DNA of 62,392 nt, filler included. It is 7 parts of 7 records of this genome, joined end to end, with 100 filler letters (N's around TTAATTAATTAA, not from the genome) between each part and the next. Parts side by side here need not be neighbours in the genome. Positions count along the whole stretch, not along the records: positions 31,206 to 42,000 come from SRR31147125_11961; positions 42,101 to 48,931 come from SRR31147125_11967; positions 49,032 to 56,685 come from SRR31147125_11968; 4 more parts are not named here. One strand, written 5' to 3'. The translations under genes were made by a program, and so were the position numbers. Positions 40,683 to 50,723 of this stretch are shown piece by piece (position 1 is the first letter of the stretch; every line of letters begins with the position of its first letter). A model generated the notes under the pieces. It was not told the origin of the DNA and did not search any database. It saw nothing but the letters and a program-made list of their open reading frames with translations.

Positions 40683-42000
40683 TTATAAATTATTTGGTTT
40701 GAAAAAATCATCAGAAAACTTAAGTGCTTTATCTAAGGATGCTGGTTTAGAAAACAAATATCCTTGAGCATATTTTGCCCCTGTGTATTTAACTATATCA
40801 AGCTGCTCATTCGTTTCAACACCTTCTACGCAAACTCTGCTGTTTATTGTATTTATTATATCCACTAAGAAGCAAAAACCCAGATGTTTTGATTCATCTT
40901 TTTTGCTTTCTGGTAGCATGGACATATCAGTCTTAATAGCATAGAATTTATAATTCATAATATCAGAAAGATTAGAGGAACCTGTTCCAAAATCATCAAT
41001 AACAATTTTATATCCTCTATCTAATATACTGTTTATAGTTTCGTGCGATACCTTTGATAGATTAATTTCTTCAGAGATTTCGAAAATAATTTTATCCTTA
41101 TCTATTGTTCTATTTTCAACGAACAAATCGAACTCGCGAATGTTAGAGTTGAAAAGATCTATAGTAGTAGGTGAAATATTAAATGAGAAAAAGTAATGAT
41201 CAATATCGTGACCTTGGTTTTTAAAAATCAAGAAATCGTTTTGAGCTTTATCAAACATCAGTTTATCGATTTTTTTCATATAATTTATTTTTTTTGCAGC
41301 AGTCATAAACGCTAAGGCAGGTAAAACTTTTTCTTGATACTCCCACCTTGCAAGTATTTCAAAGCCAGCAACAGTGTTTTTGAAATTATCTATTATTGGA
41401 TGATAATACGGGAAGAGACTTCCGTTGTCTATATCTTCAATAAGACGGTTTTCTTTTGCTTTTTGGCTGTTGTAATCGTCCATTAGCTTTTTATCCACTA
41501 CAGTATATACCTCACCTGCTTCTTTAGCTTTATACATTGCATAGTCAATATAAACAAGCAAATCTTCTAAAGCTATGCTGTCGTCTATGTTTTCTATAAT
41601 GCCGAGCGATACAGATACATCTATTGTAAGGTTGTTTTTTGCATTGTAAACTGGCTTTGATAATAAAGGCATAATTGATTTAAAAACTTGTTCTGTCATT
41701 GGGCGTTTAGAAGCAATAAAGAACTCATCTCCACTGTTTCTATAAACATCAAATCTATCATTGCAACCAAGCCTTTTTGTTATCTGTATAAGATACCAAT
41801 CACCAAAACTGTGACCAAAATTATCATTTATTCTTTTAAACTTATTTACGTCTATATATGCTATTAATTTTCCGTTTAATTTTTTTTCATTAAAATCGGA
41901 TGCGAATTTATTTCTGCTATAGGCACCAGTAAGGTAGTCCGTTTTTATAAATTTATCTAGTGCGAACATTCTTTTACGCAATAAAAAATACACTAAAAAA
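40683..42000 (-). CDS. GGDEF-EAL protein (5' partial)
   Basis: DYLTG, FKRINDNFGH, SGDEF; EILARW, DDFGTG, EGVET, QGYLFSKP. Confidence 0.92.
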
Positions 42001-42100
42001 NNNNNNNNNNNNNNNNNNNNNNNNNNNNNNNNNNNNNNNNNNNNTTAATTAATTAANNNNNNNNNNNNNNNNNNNNNNNNNNNNNNNNNNNNNNNNNNNN
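42001..42100. other. Artificial contig spacer
   Basis: N44-TTAATTAATTAA-N44. Confidence 0.98.
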
Positions 42101-42339
42101 AAAAATAATTGGGGGTTTTCTGAGTGTTCAATTAAAAATTTTTGTAATTCATAAACATTTTGATCAATATCATTTAATAAATACTCATTTGCATTAATAT
42201 TTAAGAAAACAGAACCTCCTCCCGTAAATGGTTCAATATATCTCTTAATTTGTATTGGGAAATATGGCTTAATATTGGAGATGAGTTTATATTTGTCTCC
42301 AACATAAAATAGTGGTGATCTTATATTTTTATTTTTCAT
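42101..42339 (-). CDS. Dam-family adenine methyltransferase (3' partial)
   Basis: RSPLFYVGDKYKL; EPFTGGGSV; LNDID. Confidence 0.88.
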
Positions 42340-43660
42340 TTACTTTAGTTATAAATAATAATTCTTTATGGTTATTAAACTCGGTTTTACCAGTGTTGAA
42401 ATATCTGTGAGAGCTCTCATAAATTTTTGTTTTACCTCTATTCTCCAATATGTTTTTTATTGAAGTTAAATCAATTTTATTCTTTGAAGAAGAGCTTTTG
42501 GAATTATAAGTATTATTATAAGAAACAGCTAGATACTTAACTTTCAAATTTTCAATTAAGTCCTGAAAAGCAGTTTCAGCTTTTACTGTACAATAGGAAC
42601 TCATATTTTCTGGTTGGGGCTTCTGAGCAACTCCAAACAATTCTGGTTTTTCCCATTTAATTAGATTTTCATAAACATGGTAAAATCTGCTGTACTGTCT
42701 TGAATTATATGGTGGATCTATATAAGCAATATCAGCTGAGATTCTTCGTGCTATAGTATTTGCGTCTTCTTTATATATCCTAACATTATTTATTTCATGA
42801 GGATTTATTAAACGTAAATTAAATTTATCTTTTTTAATATCCTTTTTTATGTATGCATCATAATGGCCGACTGTATTAGCTATTTTATCAATACTGTAAA
42901 TAAGAGAGGCTAATAGTACAGAGAATTCTTTATCATTAAAATCATTTTTGCGAAGCTCAAGATCATCTCTGATATAGCCGATAGTTTTTGCTGTATCTTT
43001 ATGGAAATATCTATCTCCATAATATTTTGAAAAGTAATTATTCTTCAAAACTTTAGGTGATAAATTATTGTAAAACTTGATAATCTCTTCAATTTTCTTT
43101 TTATTCCAAGGTTTCTTTCTAAAATATGCCTTATATATTATATGATTTGAATACAAAAAATCATTTATGATAACTTCAGGAAAGTAGTTTGATGCAGCTT
43201 TAGCAACAGAGGCAGTTCCCGCAAAAACATCAAAAAAGGATTGTACTTCACTAGTTTCTTTCAAAATTATATCAATAATCCAATCAGTTAGTTTTGCCTT
43301 ACTTCCAATATATCTCCTGCTTTCAAGGTTGATATTATTTTCATTTTTAATAATTGGTAACAACGACACAGCTTCCCCATATTTTACTTTTTCTTCAGCA
43401 ACTTTTAGTGCTTCTAAACAAAATTCCTCATTTTGAATTTCACTAATCAATTTATCGCTTAACCAATGAATAATTACTTTTTGTTTGTCACATTTGTAAA
43501 TTTTTACTAATTGCAGTAACTGTTGCTTTGTTGGTAATCTTTTACCATTCTCAATCCTACTCAAAACCGATAAATCAATTTTAGTAATCTCATGAACATC
43601 TTGTAAATTCATTACAAGATTTTCACGCATTTCTTTTAAGTATATACCAATTGAGTTCAT
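42329..43660 (-). CDS. XRE-HTH fused to a D12-class N6-adenine methyltransferase
   Basis: N-terminal LSRIENGKRLP HTH; RRYIGSKAKL, DVFAGTASV, YIDPPYN. Confidence 0.9.
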   Translation of the reverse strand: MNSIGIYLKEMRENLVMNLQDVHEITKIDLSVLSRIENGKRLPTKQQLLQLVKIYKCDKQKVIIHWLSDKLISEIQNEEFCLEALKVAEEKVKYGEAVSLLPIIKNENNINLESRRYIGSKAKLTDWIIDIILKETSEVQSFFDVFAGTASVAKAASNYFPEVIINDFLYSNHIIYKAYFRKKPWNKKKIEEIIKFYNNLSPKVLKNNYFSKYYGDRYFHKDTAKTIGYIRDDLELRKNDFNDKEFSVLLASLIYSIDKIANTVGHYDAYIKKDIKKDKFNLRLINPHEINNVRIYKEDANTIARRISADIAYIDPPYNSRQYSRFYHVYENLIKWEKPELFGVAQKPQPENMSSYCTVKAETAFQDLIENLKVKYLAVSYNNTYNSKSSSSKNKIDLTSIKNILENRGKTKIYESSHRYFNTGKTEFNNHKELLFITKVNEK

Positions 43661-43670
43661 TTAAATACTT

Positions 43671-43689
43671 TTTGTCAAGTTTTGACAAA
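43671..43689. promoter_or_regulatory. Palindromic operator candidate for the HTH-MTase
   Basis: TTTGTCAA gtt TTGACAAA, 10 nt upstream of the ATG. Confidence 0.6.
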
Positions 43690-43920
43690 TTTAAAAGTAA
43701 TATCAGAGATTTACAATTAAGATTTTAATTAATTTACTGAAATTGATAAATATATACACATTATCTTGTGAAATATCTTCAGAATCTATGATTTTTCTTG
43801 TCGTAATCTCGTGAAATATTATTAAAAAATGAGGTAATATAAAACTCTTCCCTCCTCTCTAGTCAAGTAGTGTTGACGGAATGTTAAAATCCAGTATAAT
43901 TGAAAAAATGATATTAATTG

Positions 43921-44952
43921 TTATGTGCCTTCATTATCTTTTTCAATAGCCACATCAAGATACTCTTCAGACAGTAACGTTTCATATTTAAGATAAATTG
44001 AATTTTGGGGTGATTTACTTGGATCTTTTAGCTTTTTATGTTCTATTTCCTTAGCAGGGCTATTAAAAATAACAATATATTTACCAGTGTCTTTATATGG
44101 TTTAATTTCTTTAACTTTTGCAACGTGTGTTACAGCACTAATTGGTGCAACCTGATAAGCCGCTATGAATTTAATTTTTTCCTTCATGGCGGCACCGATT
44201 CTTATAGCATACCATTGGTTATTCTTTATAAATTCCTCGTCAAATCCGTCTTCCCGAGCGGGTACAACTATAGTGTCACTATTTGCCCTACGTACTAATC
44301 GTTTTTGTCTTTCTTCAGTTGAAATAGCAGGAATCCCCGCTTTTTTTAATGGAAGGATTTCTTCGTTTTCTTCATATAATGTATCAAATTCATATGCATA
44401 ATTGTTTTCAGCGGACTTATAAGTTTTTAATTCTAAAACAGAAATATTTGCATTTATTCTTTCAAGGACCTTGTAAAGCTCACTTCTTGCTTCATCTATT
44501 ATTACTAGACCAAGAAACTCAGAAAACACGGCTTTTTCTAAATAACAATCTATATTTCGATCACCAGACTCTTTGCACTTACTTTCCAATAATTCTAAAT
44601 ATTTTTTATTTAAAGTAATTTCTGTAATGAGAAAACTTTTTATTTTTTGCCTTTCTTCATCAAATGCTGTCGCAAATTTTAGCATTTGAATACCAATATG
44701 CCTAAATGCATCATGACTAACTATTTCATTTTCGACAACATATAATTTTGGTTCACAAGCAATCGTCATATCAATCAGGTAACCGTCAGGGATTGCACCA
44801 ATCTTATTTCCTTTAATTTTTTTCTTAATATTTAAGTATATTGTATTAGGACCAAAAATTTGATTCGCTAATTTTACTACATTATTTTCAAAATCAGATT
44901 CAATTGAAAATGAGATTTTCTCAAAAAACTGTTCATTCATATATATCGGCAT
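43921..44952 (-). CDS. PD-(D/E)XK-like nuclease with a C-terminal putative PUA/EVE-like domain
   Basis: E.DFE..V, IPDGYLID, LYVVENE...H, Q..KF; C-terminal DTIVVPAREDGF..WYAIRI..IAAYQVAPISAVTH. Confidence 0.6.
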   Translation of the reverse strand: MPIYMNEQFFEKISFSIESDFENNVVKLANQIFGPNTIYLNIKKKIKGNKIGAIPDGYLIDMTIACEPKLYVVENEIVSHDAFRHIGIQMLKFATAFDEERQKIKSFLITEITLNKKYLELLESKCKESGDRNIDCYLEKAVFSEFLGLVIIDEARSELYKVLERINANISVLELKTYKSAENNYAYEFDTLYEENEEILPLKKAGIPAISTEERQKRLVRRANSDTIVVPAREDGFDEEFIKNNQWYAIRIGAAMKEKIKFIAAYQVAPISAVTHVAKVKEIKPYKDTGKYIVIFNSPAKEIEHKKLKDPSKSPQNSIYLKYETLLSEEYLDVAIEKDNEGT

Positions 44953-45261
44953 CTACTTATCTCCTCGGCAATATTAATATTAACTATCACCTATTTTGTT
45001 AAATCACAATTTGAAACATAATATTCATATTATCAAGCTGTATTTGCAACTTCAAGTAGCATGTTACTTAATCCGATTTTGAATTTGAATGCCTGTTGAA
45101 GACGAAAATTATTATAGGTTTGTCGGAAACCATGTAATATAAGATGATTAATTGTAAGTGTGAGGTGTGAATTTTAATTTGTCATGAGTATCACAAGTTT
45201 TACTTATTTCTTATAATATTAAAATCATGTATATTTTTCAGTATTAAATTGAAGGATTATT

Positions 45262-46188
45262 ATGGAGAAGCAATCAACAATTGATGTCATTTCAAAGTTT
45301 CATCAACCTAGTAATACATGGCCAGTAAAATCACATGAAGAATTCATGCAGAAATTCTTTCGTAAAGGTAGATTTCATAAAGGCGTTCCCAAATCTATTA
45401 TAAAAGATTATGAATTAGTGGAGAGAATGATTTGCTATAGTTATTACTACTATCCTCTATATGATGAAGCCTATGCAAAATTAACTCAAATCTTCGAAGC
45501 AGCTGTAGATTTAAGACTTAAAGAATTAAATATTCCGAAGAATACTAGAAAAAAATTTGAAAGTCTTGAGGAAAGAATTGACAAGCTAATACCTCATACA
45601 ACTCAAAACACAATTGACAAGTGGCAAAGGACAAGAGAAATTAGAAATATGTTTGCACATCGTAAAACTGGAATGTTTATGGGAGTAACTCTTAATCAAG
45701 CATTCTATTCGATGATAAATATTATCAATCTTATTTTCCTTGACAAAAGCATACTATCAAAAAATGAAATAGAGCTAGTTAACCTTAAGGACAAATGTAT
45801 TATAACTCTTCAAGGACCAATCACATTTTTATCAAATAACAAAGACTATATCTTTAGCTCTATTGAACCAGTGGAAGTTTCTCTAAACAGCAATTTAAAT
45901 ACTTCCTTATGGGCTGTAAAGAGTGCTCATACATACAGTGGCTTTAAGGAAACATATCAGGAACCAATCTGTATTGAACTAAAAAATGTCAGATTTCTAA
46001 ATGATTCAATTATTGGAACTGTTAATACAACAAATGAAGAAATTCATATTAAAAATATTAATCAAGAATCATTTAGTAAAATTAATAATAAAGATTTAAG
46101 TGAGATGGAATCCTTCTACTTTACATCAAGTGAATTTTATACGATAAATTCTGTCAGAACTAAGTATCTTTACAATAATTGGGGATAA
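45262..46188 (+). CDS. Hypothetical protein with a HEPN-like RxxxxH motif
   Basis: Helical N-terminal region with FEAAV and REIRNMFAH. Confidence 0.55.
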   Translation: MEKQSTIDVISKFHQPSNTWPVKSHEEFMQKFFRKGRFHKGVPKSIIKDYELVERMICYSYYYYPLYDEAYAKLTQIFEAAVDLRLKELNIPKNTRKKFESLEERIDKLIPHTTQNTIDKWQRTREIRNMFAHRKTGMFMGVTLNQAFYSMINIINLIFLDKSILSKNEIELVNLKDKCIITLQGPITFLSNNKDYIFSSIEPVEVSLNSNLNTSLWAVKSAHTYSGFKETYQEPICIELKNVRFLNDSIIGTVNTTNEEIHIKNINQESFSKINNKDLSEMESFYFTSSEFYTINSVRTKYLYNNWG

Positions 46189-48669
46189 TTACAGTTTAAT
46201 ATATTTTATTTTAATTGGTTCTGTTTTCCCTTGTTCAAGCAATGTCAAAATATACATCCCTGCCGGCAAATGCTGAATATCAATATTTTTCTGCGTGCCC
46301 CTGGCATTAGAATGATATATTCTCTTCCCTGCCAAATTATAGATCGCGATTTCCATATTCGCGTTCAGATCATTTTGATACTGAAGTGTCAGCATATTCC
46401 TCCCTGGATTGGGGAATATAAAGGGGGTCTGGGGTCGGGAGTCGGTAATTGCTGTTTCTGTGGAAATGACGATGCGATAATCATTACCATTGTTGTTGTC
46501 CCAGGTGTTGTCGGCGTAGTTGATGACGAAGTTGATCTCTGTGACTTCCTGAGCCGGATCATTGAAAGGACCGAGGGTGACGGTGAGGGTGTTGTTTTCC
46601 GGACCATTGAAGGCGGTCCTGCAAGCAACATTATCATTCCACATGCTGCTGCCGGTGGGACGATAGGCGGCGATGGGCTGGGTCCAGTCGTTGACGGCCC
46701 AATGAAGCGTGGCGCCCTGACCAATGCCGTCAATAATGAGGGTGATGCTGTCCTCGGGTGTGGGATTCACGGGATCCCAACTGAGTCCCTGAGATCCTCC
46801 CCCGCTGCTGTAGCTTTCGCCGATCCAGACCTGCTGGATGGGTGACTTTGCTATATTGCCCTGCAGATCTTCGGCTTCCACATAATAATCGATGAGCACG
46901 TTGTCCAGTCCGCTGAGCATGGCGCTGTATTCTTTGGCTTGGGTGTGCGGTTGAGGCGTGGTTTGTGAGGTGATCGTGGTATCTTGCATGGACACATGGG
47001 TCCATGGTCGCGATCCGGCGCCATCAGAATAAATCTCGTTGTCTATGGTATTAGGATCATTGAATCCATCCTCATCAATTCTATACATCAATTCTACGCG
47101 AGCGAGACCGCTGCGGTCGTAAACATAGGTCCAGACTTTCATATCGGAGTTCTGCTGGACGGTGAATTCGGTGCCGCCGGGATTATAGGGATCGCGCTGG
47201 GGCAGAAAGATGCCGGGAGCGGTAAGGTCCATACCGGCGGAAAGAATATTTTCTACGGCATCCACAGCCATGTTGGCGGCGCGCGTGGGATGGCTGTCCC
47301 AAAGTCCGCCCTCGCTGCCGTCCCAATACCAGTAGCAGGATGTTTGTCCCATGGCCAGCCAGTTCCAGGCTGTGCCCACGGCTGCATTACTTGCATCCAT
47401 TTGCTCGGCGGTTTGGACCAGATTATCCGCGGCAGTGATCACGCTCCAGGAGTTGCGGTCCGGCGAATAACCGTTGCTGCCGGGTTCGCCCAGCCATTTT
47501 CGGAACTGCGGGTCGCCATTATCCGCTCCGGCCCAGGAGCCGTTCTCGACGTGAATGATATCGTCCGTTGCGGGCGGGAATCTATCCAAATAATCCTGCA
47601 CGCTGGTGAATTCAAAGCGGGTTGGATTGCTCTGAAGCCAGGAAACAAATTGATTGAAATTGGATCCGTAATAGGAATCCGTGCCGCCGCCGTAGTTGTC
47701 CCCGTCGTGATGTAGGACCACCAGAATGGGATGATCGGCATCGGTGTTGGCGCTTTGCAGTTGAGACATGACCTCATCGTATAATAATGCGCCGAAGCCG
47801 CCGCGACCGTCCTCGTTACCAAGGTAGCGGGAGGTGGGCACCACGATGATCTTATCAATATTCCTCGTTTCGGGATCCACGTATTGGGCATAGTGCGGCC
47901 GATGGCCCCAGGCTGCGGAGATCTGCGTGGGTGCCCAGAGGTTGGTCAGCTGTTTCCAGTCCGCCGGATCGGCATTCACCACATCCGCGCGATTGGGTTC
48001 GTAAAGGTTGCCGCTGGTGCTGTAGGGATAATTCTCGCAGGTGCGGTCAAAGTGAATATTGTCCACCATCACCCATTCGATGCCTTCGTCCACCAGCGCC
48101 GGGATCATGTGCTCGGCAAAGGCATTTTCCGGCGGGAACATGCCCTTGGAATAGCTTCCGCTGAAATTCCCCGCAAAGGTGGCCTTGTGCATGCGGATCT
48201 GTCGCCGGATGGCTTCATGGGAGATCAGCGGCATCAGCGGATGGTATTCGCCGAAAGCCACCATGTCCATGCGCGGATTCCCGGAGCTCGTGTTTTGTGT
48301 TTTTATGGTATTCCAATTCGATTTCCAATTCGTAAAATTATTGTTGCTGTTTGCTTCGAGCCGATTCAGGTTCTGAACCAGCGAACCCGAAAAACTCACT
48401 TGAGCTCCAGCATGTCCCAGAGAGGCATTGATCGCGCTGCTGACCGCATTCTTGGGCCAGGATGTATAGGGACCGTAACGGGAATTGAAGACATCGTAGA
48501 GATTGTAGGAATAATGGCTGGCATTGTGCGTTTGCACCACATCCTCACCCGGATAATAGATGGGCTGATGCATGTGCCAGAGAAATGCGATGTAGATCTT
48601 GGGGGAAGCGGATAAGATGCTGGCTAAAAGCAGGGATATCACAAATATTTTGCGTAATAGGTTTTTCAT
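46189..48669 (-). CDS. Secreted GH57-like alpha-amylase with a starch-binding module and T9SS-type C-terminal domain
   Basis: WHMHQP, HPLMPL, FPPENAF, HDGDN; WDNNNGNDY; IFPNP..IYNLAGK..LPAGMYIL. Confidence 0.85.
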   Translation of the reverse strand: MKNLLRKIFVISLLLASILSASPKIYIAFLWHMHQPIYYPGEDVVQTHNASHYSYNLYDVFNSRYGPYTSWPKNAVSSAINASLGHAGAQVSFSGSLVQNLNRLEANSNNNFTNWKSNWNTIKTQNTSSGNPRMDMVAFGEYHPLMPLISHEAIRRQIRMHKATFAGNFSGSYSKGMFPPENAFAEHMIPALVDEGIEWVMVDNIHFDRTCENYPYSTSGNLYEPNRADVVNADPADWKQLTNLWAPTQISAAWGHRPHYAQYVDPETRNIDKIIVVPTSRYLGNEDGRGGFGALLYDEVMSQLQSANTDADHPILVVLHHDGDNYGGGTDSYYGSNFNQFVSWLQSNPTRFEFTSVQDYLDRFPPATDDIIHVENGSWAGADNGDPQFRKWLGEPGSNGYSPDRNSWSVITAADNLVQTAEQMDASNAAVGTAWNWLAMGQTSCYWYWDGSEGGLWDSHPTRAANMAVDAVENILSAGMDLTAPGIFLPQRDPYNPGGTEFTVQQNSDMKVWTYVYDRSGLARVELMYRIDEDGFNDPNTIDNEIYSDGAGSRPWTHVSMQDTTITSQTTPQPHTQAKEYSAMLSGLDNVLIDYYVEAEDLQGNIAKSPIQQVWIGESYSSGGGSQGLSWDPVNPTPEDSITLIIDGIGQGATLHWAVNDWTQPIAAYRPTGSSMWNDNVACRTAFNGPENNTLTVTLGPFNDPAQEVTEINFVINYADNTWDNNNGNDYRIVISTETAITDSRPQTPFIFPNPGRNMLTLQYQNDLNANMEIAIYNLAGKRIYHSNARGTQKNIDIQHLPAGMYILTLLEQGKTEPIKIKYIKL

Positions 48670-48733
48670 GGTCTCACTCGTTGATTATTAGATGGAAAAT
48701 AAAAGAAATTGATTAATAATACAATTGAAAAAC

Positions 48734-48923
48734 CTCATGCCAAGACACAATACCTCTCACAGAGTCGCCAAGTATACAAAGCCACTAAGATTTTTAGGGC
48801 TTTAAATCCGAAAGCATTATTTCATCATATCAGGAAATAATCCCTGAAATGAATAATCGTTCCGCTATAAAGAAAAGCAATAAAAGGCTTGTGCCTTTGT
48901 GCTCTTTGTGCCTTTGCGAGAGG
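48734..48923. repeat. Degenerate inverted array of ~9-nt units (CACAAAG.. / CTTTGTG..)
   Basis: ccaagacacaa..cacagag..ccaag..acaaagccactaag versus cttgtgcctttgtgctctttgtgcctttgcgagag. Confidence 0.5.
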
Positions 48924-48931
48924 CTCTTTTT

Positions 48932-49031
48932 NNNNNNNNNNNNNNNNNNNNNNNNNNNNNNNNNNNNNNNNNNNNTTAATTAATTAANNNNNNNNNNNNN
49001 NNNNNNNNNNNNNNNNNNNNNNNNNNNNNNN
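48932..49031. other. Artificial contig spacer
   Basis: N44-TTAATTAATTAA-N44. Confidence 0.98.
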
Positions 49032-49056
49032 TGTGTCAGGTGGCCTGACATGACCG

Positions 49057-49860
49057 TTATTGCGCATGCTGCGGTGCCCCTTTTCCTGTAACCCGTACAA
49101 TGGAAAGTCGATCCCGGACGATGAGCCAATTATAATCAAATCCGTGTTCCAGAAAAATATTTTTCAACTGAAGAAACCCATCAAATGAGTCCGGAAATAC
49201 CGCAAAGGAGAGATACTCATTATCCGGATCGATCCGGGTCAACGCCGCCTTCAGAAGACCTCGATGCTCGCCTCCGGGTTCAACGCGCTCCCCCTTTCCG
49301 GGAACGGGATCAATCAGGGTTCGATGTTCCTCTTCCCATCGTTGAACATGGGAAAGGTCATATCCACGGCTTCGGCCGGCAATAAACGGCGAGGTCAGTG
49401 AGCTGATAGGATAGAGCCTATTGTCCTTGAGGGCAATGAACACCGGCGCTTTATCGATGGCGTGTAAACGGGGATAACGAAGGTGACGTTGGGTGGGCGT
49501 TTGAAGCCTCTCCACCTCTTTTTGCAAGTCATGCACTTCTTTTTCAAGAGCCGTTATGCGACCATTTCTCTCAACAATCTCAAGTTGATTTGACATGATT
49601 TCTTTCTGAAAACGTTCTTTTTCATCACTCTTTGAATCCTTGTTTTCCTGCTTTACGATCCTCCCCTCTTCATCCTGTTCAAGTTTGTCCCGTCCAAGAC
49701 CGGAGGATGTAAAATCCACATTTTCAGCATGTTTGACATCAATCGCTTGCGAGAGAATGGTCAGCATCAACGCAATGAAAACCATTCCCCCAAAGGCATT
49801 GCACATAATATCCAATATCATGTCAAAGCTTGTAAACTCATTGCCTTCCGAATGTCTCAT
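49057..49860 (-). CDS. ExbD/TolR-like single-TM coiled-coil protein
   Basis: Likely start MRHSEG; SFDMILDIMCNAFGGMVFIAL TM with Asp; coiled coil; FAVFPDSF. Confidence 0.65.
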   Translation of the reverse strand: MRHSEGNEFTSFDMILDIMCNAFGGMVFIALMLTILSQAIDVKHAENVDFTSSGLGRDKLEQDEEGRIVKQENKDSKSDEKERFQKEIMSNQLEIVERNGRITALEKEVHDLQKEVERLQTPTQRHLRYPRLHAIDKAPVFIALKDNRLYPISSLTSPFIAGRSRGYDLSHVQRWEEEHRTLIDPVPGKGERVEPGGEHRGLLKAALTRIDPDNEYLSFAVFPDSFDGFLQLKNIFLEHGFDYNWLIVRDRLSIVRVTGKGAPQHAQ

Positions 49861-49885
49861 CTCTATTCCCAACGTTATCGGATCA

Positions 49886-50686
49886 TTACTGCATCGTGTT
49901 TCCAAATGATATGGATTGATCTTCGCGCATGGCATCAAACCCGACATCCACCCCCATTTGTTGGATTTGACGAACCAATGCCATCGCATAATTGGCTGCG
50001 GATGGTTTGATCATCAATAAAATGTACTCATGGGATTTGTTCATGCTTTCCAGAGACCGGATAAACAGCCGAAGTCCCACTTCATCGGCTGGATATCGCT
50101 TATAAACACCGCCGGTGTTACTCTTTTTTTCATCCGAAAACACGTTATCGTCTCTTTTCTCTTTTTGTCGCTCACTTCTCCTGTTTTCCTCTTTGCGATT
50201 ACTGTAATCATTCCGATTCATATTCTTGTTAAACGGGCTCTCCATATCCATCCGGAGGATTTCATCTTTGGAACACTGAATTAAAATCGGCATCTGATCG
50301 CTCCCTTTTTCCGGGATCAGAGAAATGACCTGTTTTAATGAAAGGGCGTCCCGCTCTTTTTCCAAATTTGACAACCGGTTTCGAAGTTCAGCTTCCTTTA
50401 CTTTGAGTCGTTCCATATTCTCAGCCGTTTTTAAAAGCGCTTTTATCAAATCGGAGTTGCCGGCTTGTTGCTTGAGACCTGATTGTTCCGGGGAAGTGTG
50501 ATGGAATTTGGAAGGGACCGTGGAGGGATCAGACAGCAGGCCATCCGACATTTGACGGATCACCAGGTCCAAAGAGATCAAGAGTACCAATAAAATCATG
50601 ATCCCGGAAAGCGACGTAATGATATCTTGAAATGAAAACAATGAGATGGAAACTGCAGATCGATTGCGCCCTTTCCCCCTTGCCAT
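49886..50686 (-). CDS. ExbD/TolR-like single-TM coiled-coil protein
   Basis: ISLFSFQDIITSLSGIMILLVL; LLMIKPSA; VGFD. Confidence 0.7.
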   Translation of the reverse strand: MARGKGRNRSAVSISLFSFQDIITSLSGIMILLVLLISLDLVIRQMSDGLLSDPSTVPSKFHHTSPEQSGLKQQAGNSDLIKALLKTAENMERLKVKEAELRNRLSNLEKERDALSLKQVISLIPEKGSDQMPILIQCSKDEILRMDMESPFNKNMNRNDYSNRKEENRRSERQKEKRDDNVFSDEKKSNTGGVYKRYPADEVGLRLFIRSLESMNKSHEYILLMIKPSAANYAMALVRQIQQMGVDVGFDAMREDQSISFGNTMQ

Positions 50687-50723
50687 AGATTATTGCCGCT
50701 CCATATGCCCGTTTTTCATCCGT

